A stretch of DNA of 64,000 nt from NCBI RefSeq assembly GCF_024521635.1, contig NW_026250411.1, positions 930,001 through 994,000 on the forward strand, written 5' to 3'. Source of the DNA: Tricharina praecox (Eukaryota). The translations under genes and the position numbers were made by a program. The notes below the pieces were generated by a model. The model saw only the letters and a list, made by a program, of their open reading frames with translations. It had not been told where the DNA came from and ran no database searches. Every line of letters starts with the position of its first letter. Position 1 is the first letter of the stretch. Of the stretch, positions 36,011-49,397 are shown in pieces.

Positions 36011-39000
36011 CTCTGTTGTCGTCGTTCGTCGTCGCCGTTGTCGATCAGTTCTCACTCTACGGCAAAAAAAAATTAGTTTACGTGCCCGTCCGAGGCTAGA
36101 TTAACCCTAACCCACGGCACTTACCGGGATATTATCACATGATTCACATCGGCCTTGATAGTCTCAATAGGAACATCAAGCACCCACTCTTGGTAGTTAT
36201 ACCGAGCCGCCCACAAGCTACAAGCCTACAACCTGCCTGGGATCGCACTTGGAAGTATTCGCAACTACACTCCCGCCGAAAACCAAGTCGGAGGTCGGCC
36301 ACAGCACACAAACAACGACGGCCATCACTCGAACGCCCACACACATACCAACATGCCGCACCTTACCACCGCCGCCGCCACCGCCTACGCCTATGTGAGC
36401 AGGTACATATACACTCACTCACTCACTAATAGAATCCGCTACGTTCACTCCATTAACGGCCCCGCTACCTTGAGCGCCACAAGATCTCGGCGCCGCTGGG
36501 CGCCCAGAACAGAGTACGCAATCCGGCGGCTGAACCACGGCCACATTTCGCATCCCCCCGCCCCCCCGCCCCCGGGGCGAGACACGGAGATGCGGGCTGG
36601 ACTGGCCCCTGGTTTGGATGCGGGGGGTTGCGGGGGGTGCGGTGATTTGTGGGGTGGGCGGGGGTCAGGCGACTGCGACAACGACGACGACGACGATGAC
36701 CCGCCGGAGGAAAACGGATACCCTTGGAAGATAACTACCCCAGAGACGAGGGCCCGGTTCCAAGACCACTACAGACCTACTTAGGTGCCTACATACATAC
36801 TCGTCGACGGTCGTCGTCGCTGCGTCCCCTGTGCCCGCCAGCCAGCCAGTCTCGCCAGAGATCCTACCCAAGCTTGTATGCCCTTACATATGGTACGGTA
36901 GGTAGCAGCCGTACGTACATATCCAAACTCTGCAAGACTGCAACCGCAACGGGGGTGGACTCTGGAGCAACGGTGCACTGGGATCCGGGATCTTTCGACG
37001 ACACCATTACTACCTAGTAAAAGGTGCGAAGCCCGCCGGGGAGGGGGGCCAGTAGGGTACTTACCTCATGTAGGTACCTGACTGGGCAGACCGGAGCGCT
37101 GTTGCTGCTCGACCAGCAGGTCGCCAAGCATACCCAAGTATGTAGGTATTTACTCGCCGTTCTGATCCTCGGAGGAGGTGAAAATATGCAGGTAACATCG
37201 GCGGGGGACGGGTCCGGGGGAAGTCAGAACTTTTCTTCACGAGAACCGCGAGGCCCTGGCGTTTGCCGGTGGAGGGAGGGGCTTGGTCTACCCATCCCAC
37301 CCCATCATCATGACTTTTTGGCGGAGCCGATCGAGACGGACGTATGCACACCTAGCATAGCAAACAGGCATTGGAGGCGGGGAGGGGGGGGGGGGGGGGG
37401 GTGAGAGGGAGAGGGGAAGGGGACGGGGAGGGGGGAGACCATCGATCGGATTACAGGTATTCGTTACGGTGACGATCCTGTTTTTTTTGCGCACGTCGAG
37501 GGATCATGGAAGGTGACCGACCTATCTAACTACATACACCGAAACGCACATATAGTTCGTGCTTCATGCTTATCTGCCAGGACCGGACGGGATAAGGGCG
37601 GGAAAGTTGATGGTGGAGAACAGGTACATGAAGTAGTAGTAGTAGTCGTAATTGGTTGATCTGGGCAGCCTACGACGTCCATCGTCGACTCTGGAGGTTG
37701 AACGACGAATGCATCTTTTCAATCGTGGGCAGGCAGGAGGAACGAGAACGTTCATGCATGAAGAAGGAAAGAACCACCGCCCAACCCAACCCAACCCAAC
37801 CCATCCACATATCGGCTAGCCCTTCTAGTCCCCCCTGCCCTGCCCAGTGCCCGTCCAGACTCCAGACTCCAGACCGCTCCTTTGGCCGCTGGCGCGGATC
37901 CTTTTCGTCCATGGGATGGGCCATGTACTACGAGTGACGAGGCCCGCCCCCGGAAAAACCGCAGCATTCCCCACAAAGGACCAGTGTGAAACCCAGCCAA
38001 CCAGCCAAACCCCCCCAACCCAAACCCAACCCAAACCCCGCATGTTCGTGCGGGACATACGGTACCGTACTCTACCTACCGTCAGTTGGTAGTTATACAG
38101 CGTTTCGCTCCGTATGTACGGTATGGTATGGTACACACACACCCTCGCTTTTCTCTCCGAGCCACCCCCCCTCCTCCTCCTTCCTCAAGAGAATAATACC
38201 AATGATTTCAGTCCACGGACTATATCGGGACGGGACGGAAAATGACAAGACCGGTCACAGACTCACCGTACTCACACCGTACTCACACCGTACTCACAGC
38301 ATGGGAAATAGGAAATACATAGGGCACTAAGAAGGGGTACAAAGGTAGAGGTAGCCGATTCTGGCCGCGGCCTCCTTCTCGTCGTCCTCGTCGTCCTCCT
38401 CGTCCTCTTCCTCACTTCCTCCGACGCCCCCCCTTCCCGCGGCATGTCTGTCTGTTCGATTGGTTGCATGAAATCAACAGGGGCATGGCACGCATAAAAG
38501 AAAAGGAAAAGAAAAGGAACGGAGAGGAACCCCTCCGGGCCTCCATACGATATCTCCATATCGTTTCCGTTAACTACGGACCTCGGGTACTACCGAATCC
38601 CGAAAGATCCTTCAAGATCCCTTCTATGTAGTTACGCACATATATGTACGAGTGAGTGAGTGGCGGGTGGTGAGGATGACCACCACACTTTCCTTCCCTT
38701 CTCTTCTCTTCTCTCCCTGGGAATCCGGCAGGCAGGCAAGGTGGTTATGCGCGTCAGCACCTTACGATTGGGATTGTGAGTTGACAGACAGACACAGGCA
38801 GACCGACAGAGAGACAGGCAGACCCGACAGACATCCGACTGACCAACCAGACAACACGGAATTTCCGGTGCATGTTGTGAGTGCGAATGTCGGCGTGTGT
38901 GTGTTCACTAGCGTGTGTGAGTGAGCGTGTGAATGTGTGTGTGGGGAAGGCGACTGGCCGGGGGTGTGGTTGCTTAGTTTTCCACTAGCAGTTAGCCCCC

Positions 39001-41722
39001 CGTTTCCGAGAGGCTTGCATGAACCACTCCCACTTCCTTTCCTTTTCCCTTCCCTTCCTTTTCCTTTTCCTTCGCCTTTCCTGTGCCTTTCCTTTTTTTT
39101 TTTTTTTTTTTGCTTTGCGTGCGTGAGACACCGACGGGGACGACAGAGACTCCACAGTGATGATTGCACACACGCCGTTAGTTATCTCCGGCCGGCACAC
39201 TTCGTTCATTCGTTTTTTTTTTCTTTTCTTTTCAGGCGAGAGAGCTTCGGCTCTTTTTTGGGGGCCGTTCGGTACCGTATTCGTACTTGCTTAAGTAGAG
39301 TACATGGCGGGAACGAGATTGGGGTCGGCAAGGTAAGGTGAGGCAAGACAAGGCCAGAGCCACGGCCGGCGAGTGGATGACTGTGAGTGCGAGACTACGA
39401 GGGGATGACTGCGAGGGGATGACTGCGCAGCGTTTGCCACGGTTGATGTGAAGGTCTATAACGACGGCCCCTGAATGTGGTGGATGGAGACTGGCATTTG
39501 TCATCCGGTACTGGCACAATTGCCGTACCTTTGTAACAACGATGAGGAGATACCTTATGCCGTCCTAAAAACTTGTACCTATATCCCCAAGATGACGGAC
39601 GGCACTTTCCTGGCTGGCTGGCTGGCTATCCATCGTCGACGGGACCATGGATGCGGAGTGGCGAATCTCCTCCCTCACGTTCTCTCACGTTCTTCGCTTC
39701 CAGAATAGTGGTGATGGTGGTGAACGACGTCCACATGGCATCATGCTGTGCTCTGCTCAGGTGTGATGTGCTGTGCTGTGGGTATGGATGGATCAGAGAT
39801 CCATAGATCGTCAACAGTCAACTTCTCAGTGAAACGGGCGGTGATGCTGGAAAAGGAGGTGGACGTAAACTGTGACATTTTAAGGACTCGAGTACTCGAG
39901 TACAGTACGCTGCGTAGGGTCGCCAGCCAGCCAGCCCCGGAGAGATCATCCCGGCCCAGGCAGGCAGGCAGGCGACGTCAGTTTGAACTTTGGCGAGTGC
40001 GAGAATGCCAGCCAGGCTCCAGGCGCAGGTGCGTGCAAACTCCTGCGCTACAGAGAGTAGCATAGAGTGCTCTACATACATCCTATGATGGCCCCCGATT
40101 AGGTACTGGTACCAAATTAATCAGCTTTTTTGGGAAATAAAACACCCTCTCCCCAGCAACCAATGCTTCTGCCTCAGTGCCTGCCTGCTATCTTTCAATG
40201 TTCATGGATTAATTACTCTCTCCAGAATGATTAGCAGCCAGGTGTGAATCATGATGTCTTCGCTGTTTGGTATGTATGATAGGTGTCGCCCCTCCGGATG
40301 ACTATGCAGACTGCCTATACAACGACCGTACCGCCATGTGTGTTATCACTAATACTGACTTGACCCATGTTGCAAAAACGAACATGCATTTGCAGCAAGG
40401 GAAAAGGCGAGTTTATGATTTATCACCACGGTAGAACTGGAGAACTACTGGCCCAGCCCAATTTCGAAGAATACCCAAGTGCATACGTGCATACGTGCAT
40501 ACGGTACCGGTAGAGTACTTGGTTAATCCGGTGTTTTGGTCAACAAGCAGTAAGCCCATAGGCCCATAGGTAGGATTCATTCCGTCTTCTTCACCAAAAC
40601 ACCGCATCAACAGATCGAATACCCACCTTATTTGCGCATCTTATGTCGGAATGATCATTGATGAAGTCAAGACGTACGTACGTAAGGTCCTGGATCGCCG
40701 AAAGACTGGACGTCGATGAATCACGATACACGCACCTGCCAGGTTGCCATCGGGAACATCGTACCACAAAAATAGCTCATACGGCATCGTGCGAGTGTCG
40801 AGTGCCCACCGTCGACGTACCGTGTGATGTTGACCGCCGATTCCACGACTCCCCACCACCGCCGCCGCTCCACGGCTCCTCGACGTCATGCCTCGAAATG
40901 CGTTGATCAGAAACTCTTCCCCCGAACAAGAGCAAGAGCAAGAGCAACCCGTGCCGTAAATGGCAATAGTGTAGGCGGTCTTTTGGGATTTCGATACCTA
41001 TGCATACCTACTGGAGCCTTCCTCCGGCGACCTCGATTTGCTCCCTCCTTCGTCAACCTTCGTCAGCCTTCCGTCAACCGCAGGTCCGCAGCGTTCGCCT
41101 CCATCTCCATCTCCTTAACGCCTCCATGGGAAGATTTTCCCGTCTTGGGGCGCCACTTGGAGACTGCCAATGACGCCCATCCATCACAAAAATCATAGCA
41201 GTCCTCTGGATCAGTGGTGTCGAAATCAGAGTCACGAGTCACGAGTCGGGCTCAGAGTCGTTTGCCTCGCCCGCGCCTGGGGCTTCCAGATCATACCCTC
41301 CCCACCCCTCTCCTTACTGTCGGCAGAATCTTCTGGCTTCCTAGCGATCGTGGTAACGTTTGATGGTGTAGTGGAGCGTGGTGATAATGGAAGTTATATC
41401 AAAGTGCGATTTTTTCGATGTTTACAAAGTAGCCATGTACCAAAAGTACATACCCAGGCAGGTAGTTACTCCGGACTGCTCAGTGCGGCTTGCTCAGGCC
41501 TGTGGCGACGACGCCAGCGGCCAACGGCCAGATTAGACGAGACCCCGGATTTGTGCTGAACGTTCGATTACTAGGTGGGTGTTCCCTTTCGAGCTGAGAT
41601 GTGCCGTACGATTTCCAAAGAAGGCCGACTTTCCCCACAGTGTGATCAGCCCACCTCCAACCCACACTTTGTTCCCCACATGTCAATCCATTCGGGTGTC
41701 ATGGAATCGCGATCCCAACCAA

Positions 41723-41807
41723 CAGCAGAAGCAGCAGCAGAAGCAGCAGCAGCAGAAGCAGCAGCAGCAGAAGCAGCAGCAGCAGAAGCAGCAGCAGCAG
41801 AAGCAGC
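41723..41807. repeat. (GCAGAAGCAGCAGCA)n 15-mer / GCA microsatellite
   Basis: About 5-6 near-perfect units are visible. Confidence 0.85.
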
Positions 41808-43878
41808 AAGAACGTGCGTACATAAGTAACGGTGGGATGATCCCTGGGGAGGGGAGAGGGGGGAGGCTTGGGTATAGTGCACTTCCTGGTCCGCTCGTCA
41901 CGCCCGTAGCGCATGACATCTCGCCTCCGGTTTTCTGTCGTGATGGAGGGGGGTTCGGGTTCGATCATCACCATCACCACCATCATCATCGACAAGTGGA
42001 AACCGGTCTCGTTCACCCACTTCCTTCGCATCATCCTGATTGAGAGCTAGGAAAAATCCGGAGGTAGGTGCGACACCAGCCGGATCGGTGTGTGCGTGGT
42101 GATGTAGGAGGCTTCCGGAGCAGATCAATGGAAGATTCGAACCATGGGGAGACGAGATGGGGATTGGGGAATGCGAACTGGGAAGCAGGATCTAGTGTGG
42201 CGCGCAACAGCTGTCGCAGATGGCCATGGGGGATGGGAGAGAAGGAGCAGGCGATGCCAAGGGGTTGCTCCCCTCCAGAATCCGAATGTTTATACGCGGC
42301 CTCGCGGTCAGCGGGCAGAAACAGCTCGTGTGTGATATAGGTGCTACAGGCCCGTGGAATTGCTCCATGGTATGGGGGCCGAAGAGGAAGGCGGGGGAGA
42401 ATGCGTAGAGTGAGCCTAGAGTATGGACGAGGAAATGGAAGGAAGGCCGTTGTGTTTTTTCCCCATAGATTTTTTTTAATTTTCAATTTGATTGACAGAG
42501 CAGCATGGATGGGCGACTCACCAGCGCCGTGTTATTGGAAGTGTCGATCCAGATATCGATGGGGGATGCTAGAGCGAATCGCGATGAAATGGGAAAGCGA
42601 AAAGGAAGAGAAAAAAAAGCGAGCCACCGGCCAAGCTGCACTAGCCAGCCAACGGTTTGCCTTCGCTCGGCGAGATCTGGAGATATGGGGAAGACCAGCC
42701 AGGAAGGGAAGGGAGAGTCGAGTTGCGGGGAAAAGCGCCAGTGGTGGCCAGGCCGGAAGAGGCATGATGGCTGTGGATCCAGAGCCACAGCCAGTGGCCA
42801 CGGAGGGGAAGGGGAGTACCTAAGCCACGACAAGCGTGTCCACTGTCCATGGGCGGCGACGGTGCGAAGGAGAAACTTGTTGAGGCGGGGCGTGTTGAGT
42901 GCGGCCCGGCCACATCGGCCACATCGACCAAAACACACGACACACGACACACGCTGGACTTCCATCGGTCTTTCTCTCTCTCTCCCTCTCTCTCTCTCTC
43001 TCGGGTAGCTTCGTGTGCTCGGCTGTAGATGTGTTCGGGACGAGCGACGTGGGAAGATGAGATGCCATGGCGGAGGCGAGATTGCCTGCTCCAATTTGCC
43101 GTGGCCGTGATAGTTACTCTACTATGGTACCGGTACATTTCTACTCTACAAAGAGGACGTCGAGCACCAGAGGCTGCGGCGCTTGTCTCGTCGAGCCGTA
43201 CACAGCCAGTACTGACTTACCTAAGGTACTGTACTCTACCTAAACGCAAGTACCGTGTTTTAGCCAGATAATCGCCACGTACTCTACATACTACACACGA
43301 GGCAGGAACCCGCAGAGTCCCTACCTACTCTACACGGAGATAGCCACAGGCAGAGCCCTTCCTTTCCGTCTCCGCCGCAACAGAGCATGGCCGGAAGGGA
43401 CCCGTTTCCAACCCGAATCCACACGGCTGGATCCAGCGTTACCGTGTCGCACTCAGACGAGAGCGAAAGGATGCATATGTAGGCAGGCAGTTGGAGTGAC
43501 TGTCGACTCCATCATCATGGAGTTACGGTATTCGAGCGCATGGAGGGGTTGGGATCAGTACCTAGGCTGCTCTGGATACCGTATCGTTGGAGCAGTTGGG
43601 TAGCTTGTCTCACCCACATCCCTCGATGTGCAATTCCCTGTGCCCAACCCCAAAGTGCATGGATCACCACCACCCCAGTTCCTTAGCTGGAGTCGAGTAA
43701 AACGTCCACCATCCCCCCCTCCCCCCCCAGCGTGACCGTCCTCTTGCTCCACCACCCCCAAGTTCGTTCTTTAAGAACACCACGGAGCCCTGTTTGCTGC
43801 ATCTGCAGAAAGGAAGTCCACAATTCGGTCGTTGGCGCCATCGAAAACACCACCCTGACCACCCCCAGCCCTCACCCA

Positions 43879-43930
43879 ACCACCACCATCACCACCACCA
43901 CCATCACCATCACCACCATTACTACCCACC
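43879..43930. repeat. (CAC/CAT)n microsatellite upstream of the Zn2Cys6 gene
   Basis: Directly visible. Confidence 0.7.
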
Positions 43931-44250
43931 ATACGCACACAAACGACAACTACCCATCACCATCCGACTGCTACTACCAAAAAAATCTTCTCGGGTGCTG
44001 TCAAGCTACACTGTCATCCCGTCTGTTGGCTGTCTCTCGTCCGTAAAAAAAAATCTTAGTCGTCAACACCCAGTCCCGTATCGACACCTCGGCCTTCCGT
44101 CTCGGATGCTCGTCAAACCGATCCATCAACGCAACATCCGGTGATCAGCCTCGTACGGAATCCATCGTGCTTCGCGACAACTATACGCATCAGTACCCTA
44201 CGTAAACAAAAACCGATCGGAAGGAGAACCTTCATCCACACACCGCAACC

Positions 44251-47112
44251 ATGCCGGGAATCATTCCCATGAAACTCATCAAGTGCGGATCGTCGCAGAC
44301 GCGTATCGCACAGGCGTGCGATCGCTGCCGCTCAAAGAAGATACGCTGCGACGGCGTGCGTCCGTGTTGCTCGCAGTGCGCCAACGTCGGCTTCGAGTGT
44401 AAGACCTCGGACAAGTTGTCGCGGAGAGCTTTCCCCAGGGGCTACACTGAGAGCTTAGAGGAGAGAGTCAGATGTTTGGAGAGGGAGGTTAGGGAGTTGA
44501 AGGATTTGCTCGATGCAAAGGATGAACAGCTCGAAATGATCTCGAAAATACACTCGTTCTCGCCGTATTCGCCACCGGCGAGCAATGCGTCCGGGACGAT
44601 GCGCGGAGCGAGGAAGAGTCCCGAGAGCTTGGCGTCCGCGAGAAGTGGGAGTGTGGAAGGGGATGAAATGCTTACGATTGCCGAGCCGACGGGATTAATC
44701 AGTATGGATGGTCGCGACGGAATGTACATGGGTGCTTCGAGCGGAACGACATTCGTGGGTATGGGCCCTTGCTCAAGCGCGAAAATATGTCAATCATTGG
44801 TGGCGAGGGCTAAAGAAACGTCTCTACAGATACCGTAAAACAGCGGATGAAGGAGGCTGGACGTTATACAGTGGAGTTCGAAACCGAGAGATTTTTTCAG
44901 GGGCAGTCGTCGTCCATCACAGAAGCGGATGCTATGTTGCAGCCAGATGCCATCAAGCCTCCACCGAGGTTGTTGTCGGATCGCTTGCTCGTTTCTTACT
45001 TCCAGGAGTACCATCCTTTGTTCCCCGTACTTCACAGGCCGACCTTCTTGTCGACATACGAGAAGTTGGTTGCAGATTCCGACACAGCGGCTCTTCCTCC
45101 TCACGATGTTGCAAAACTGTTCTTGGTCTTTGCCATTTCACTACAACAGCACGAGGTATGTGACTCCAGTGCAGGTGATGTTATGCATCGTTGTTGACTC
45201 TGTTTCAGCCAGGGAATAGTGTGGATCAGCAGTCGTTCGATTTCCAGTGGCAGCGAGCGCTAGATTCGGTCTTGACCCAAACGTCGATCAATACTCTCCA
45301 GTGTTTGGTTTTGGCACAACTCTACTGCTCTGCTAGGGGTGATTATTCCAAGCTGCTTCACTACAAGAATCTCGCTGTCGGCATCGCATTGAGAATGGGA
45401 TTAAATCATAGCCAGCGCAAATTCGCACTCGGTGCTCTCAGGGGTGAAATGAGGAAACGAGCCTTCTGGTGTGTCTACACCGTTGACGTGTAAGTCTTGT
45501 CTACCCCGCTATTTTATTTTATCATTTTTTTTCCACGCTTCTAACGCAGGTGCTACTCCTAGATTCTCAGCTGCGATGCTTGGTTTGCCCAAGCTCCTAA
45601 GGGAGGAGGAGATTGATGCCGAATACCCGTCCGACATTGACGACGAATATGTCTCGGAAGAGGGCTTCTTGCCGACGCTTCCCGGCGACTCGACCAAGAT
45701 CTCAAGCGCCTTGGCACTCTTCCGTTGTTCTCGGGTGCTGGCACAAGTTCTCGACGTGGAGTATTCGACCTCGACATCACACGAGTTGAGCTACGGCAAG
45801 CTTAGGGATTTGGAGGAGGAACTCGATGCCTGGAAAGTCGGCTTGGCCCCACATCTTCGGCTGGAGTTTGTCAACGGCTCTCCTGCCACTAATATCGTCC
45901 ACAGTCGTTCGCCCTTATTGGTAAGCCCAACTTCCGTATGTTTTCCGGTGTACATGTTACTCATTCTCATCTTAGGTCTTTGCGTACCACTACATCCGTA
46001 CGTTGATCCATAGGCCGATCGTAGGATCGTGCTACCCGCATCACTCCTCGTCGGCACTACTCGCCATCAGAGCTTCCAGCAAATGCATTGTCCAGATCAT
46101 GGATCTCCTCACCGAGAGAGGTTTGGGCTTTGCCTTCTGCTTGAACAAGGCGCAAGTCCTGCTCCTCGCCGGATTCTCATTCCTTTACAGTGCGGTAGAT
46201 TCGCAACGGGATGGATTGTTGGCCAAAGAGAACCAGAAACTGGTTTCCTTGGTTCTGGGCGAGATGCAGAGTGGTTCGCCTAGTCTGGCACAAACCTTCG
46301 GAGCCGTCGCTTCATCGGTTGTCAACATCTTCGAACCGCAGAGTCCTGTCCAAGTCGCCAAATCAGAACAAGCGGTGTCTCCCATGTCGACATCGAGTCG
46401 CCCCTCGACGTCCCCAGAGTTGCAGCACTCCACAGTCCGGAGAGCGATTTCATCCGTTTCCGCAAAGATTAAGCGTTCACCTTCCATTAGCAACGCCGCT
46501 AGGAGATTATCGCTTTCCCAGGATTTCGGTGCCTCTACGAATGTGCACAGTCTAGCCAATCCAGACAGATTAATGTCGGCATCCCTGACGGATCTTCCCT
46601 GTACTTCTCGTGTCCGGTCTATGCATCATCAGCAGTTGTCATCACAACCGGTGAGATCTGCGGCACCCCAGAGCCGACATTCCGTCACGTACGAAAGCTC
46701 ACCCCTCGACTTCCTGTGGTCGCTTGAGGCTGCACAGCAGAGTATGGCCTCAGGGAATGTCCCACCATCCTCTGCAGATGCAGCCGTTGCCGTGTCTGGC
46801 GACGACTGGGAACGTATGCTGGCCATGATGGATGCCAACCACGCTGTACACATCTACGGCGACGGCAGCCCACCAGACGGCCCGGGCTTCGAGAACAAAG
46901 TCAGAATCCCCACTGGCGAAGGATTCCACTCGGGAGAATTCGATTCGCTGAGCGAAGAAAGTGACGAGGCACCTCGTCGGATGTCGGAGGCGTTTACCGA
47001 TGGGGGAGCAGCCGGGAGACTCGGCGACTTCCTGGCTCCCATGATGGGTGCCGGTGGGACGGGAGGTGGCCAACAGCAAGTCCTGGTCGATATCGACGAT
47101 CGATGGATATAG
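44251..47112 (+). CDS. facB: Zn(II)2Cys6 transcription factor, FacB/Acu-15/Cat8 type (5 exons)
   Basis: '[74 protein letters not shown]' plus a fungal TF middle domain ('[18 protein letters not shown]', '[10 protein letters not shown]', 'LGLPKLL'). Confidence 0.88.
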
Positions 47113-49397
47113 TCCATCATCTGTACTTTGCTTTTTTTTCCCCTTTTTTCCTTCCGTGGGTTTGTGGGGTTTTGGCCTGCTTCATGCGTTCACTTCTTCT
47201 TGTTATTCTTCTACTACTTATTTTTTTTACTTGTATGGATCGTTTTGGTTTGGTTTCATCTTTTCATCTTTTTCATGTGTTTATTTTTGTTGTCTTTCTG
47301 GGGTTTAGGTGCTGTGGATATTGGGGGCGGCGGGGGCGGGCTGGTTGGGTTTTTTGGTTTCCCGTTATCATGTTTTCATTATTCCTGCGTGCTGTAGCAA
47401 CTTTGAAAGCATCTATTTCATCATTATGCCCCTAGCCTACATACCGTACCGTACCTACGCCGTTGTATGTTATGTTGCATATCCCTCGAGTCAAGAGAAA
47501 CCGTGACGACAGTTTTTTTTACATCATCGTACCGGTATATATGCATACATGATAGGTATAATATATACAAGTGCTTCTTCGCGTCGGCAGTGGCTTGCAC
47601 AGTGCAGTGCACGGTGCACGGTGCAATGCAGTGTCTTTATTTCGCTTGCTTGCCTTGCGTATGCGTTTCTTTTTCTGTATCCGTTACGCCGAGATGTCGA
47701 AAAGAAAGCATGAAGCACGAAGGTGAAGGGAATAAACCGGGTACAGGGCTCGCTGCGGAATGGTGATGCTGCAGAATGGCGATTCGGTGTACTTAGTGCA
47801 ATTCTCCAGGACAGAAGTCTATGTAATCCGTTCGTTCGTCTGATGCGAATCACTGTTGTTTTTTCGTATTTTGTTTTTTTGTTTTTTTGTGGGGGAGGGG
47901 GCGGAGGGGGCGGAGGGGGTGGGTGCAGCTATTGAGAAACCAGGACGACCCGACCCGACATCTTCCTTCGATCCAGTCGTCTCGTCTCGTGGTCCGTAGA
48001 TTCCCATCCCATCCCATCCCTCCTCCCTCCTCCCTCCTTACCTTGCCTTTCCTTTTGTCTACGTACGTACGGGATACGGGATGTGGGATACGTACTTTAC
48101 CACTTTACCTTTCCACATTACCTTTCCGCTCCGCTCGTCCGGCGCGCTCCCCCCCTCACTCCCCTCGCCCCTCCCCCAGCCCGTGAGACATGGACAGGGC
48201 TCTGGGAATCGACAGGATGGGAATCGACAGGACTGCACAGGACACGACAGGACAGGACGGGGCAGGACATACATACGCACGGTAGGTAGGTACTGTGTCA
48301 CTCTGCTGTGGCCTGCGCGCAGCCGTACATATGTGGGTAGGTAGAGCAGGTATGTATGTAGCTGGTCAGATTTTATCCTGCGATCGGAGGAGTGTGCAGT
48401 ACACTCGGGGTACTGCGGTCCTAAATCCCCTCTCCCCATGGGGGAAGGGAACGAGGGAGGGATGGAGGGATAGAGGGAGACGGGGTGTGGGGTTTGGGGG
48501 TTTGGGGTTTGTGGGGAAGCGGAGGATGGATGATGGATGGAAGGATGCGGAGGATGCGGAGGCGCAAGGGGGTGGGGGCGGGAACGTAGATAAGTAACAT
48601 ATGGTTGCGGAGGCATATGGCTGGGGAGGCATACCGTACCGTACGGCTCGGATAGCATGGAATCAACAGGCTAAATGCCGATCGTGGTGCTGGTGCCGGT
48701 GCTGTGCTGCTCCTTGTGCTGGTGCTGGTTCGTTCTTTTTTTCGTTTTCGGTTTCGAGTTGTGCGTGTGCGTGTGCGTTTTTGTGCCTGGTCGTTGGGGA
48801 TGGGAATATGGGGACATCATGGGAATATGGGGGAGGGACGATGGGTTGAGGTTTCATCCTAGGCCTCGTGTGCTCATCGCGTGGAGAATGCGTGGCGACT
48901 GGCGAGACGAGACGGGCGCGCAGGTCCTTCAGCCCTGCGAGTGCACAGTGCACACGGCTACCTACTATGTATGGGTATTCGCACCTACCCCTTCGAATGA
49001 CCGAATGACCGCCGTTTGTATGGGGAGGCCTCACTCGCCCCCGCCGCCGCCTACACTGGTGACAGCCGAGGCTGGTTGCTATACTTTGATACCTGAGCAC
49101 CCTATTTATACTCGGCTCCAAGGTGATCTCTACACAGTGCAGTGTGCGCAGTGCAGAGCCGAACTCCCGCACTTAATACCACACACGCGGCTGACGCGGC
49201 TACAACAGTCTCGAAGCGGAAGTTCTTGACACACGCAAGTCATATGGCATCACTCCTGATCGACGCCGGGTTTGGATGTCCATCTAGATATCACTTATAC
49301 AAAACAGCGTGGACTGTATGCGAGATAAAATGATGTTCTCTCTCTACACACTTAGGTAGACAGAATGGGAGCCCGGGCCGATGAGCAACAGATTATA

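Noticed and set aside
41575..42043. Poly-Q/poly-A/poly-H ORFs
   Set aside because: Products of GCA and CAT/CAC microsatellites with no other coding signal.
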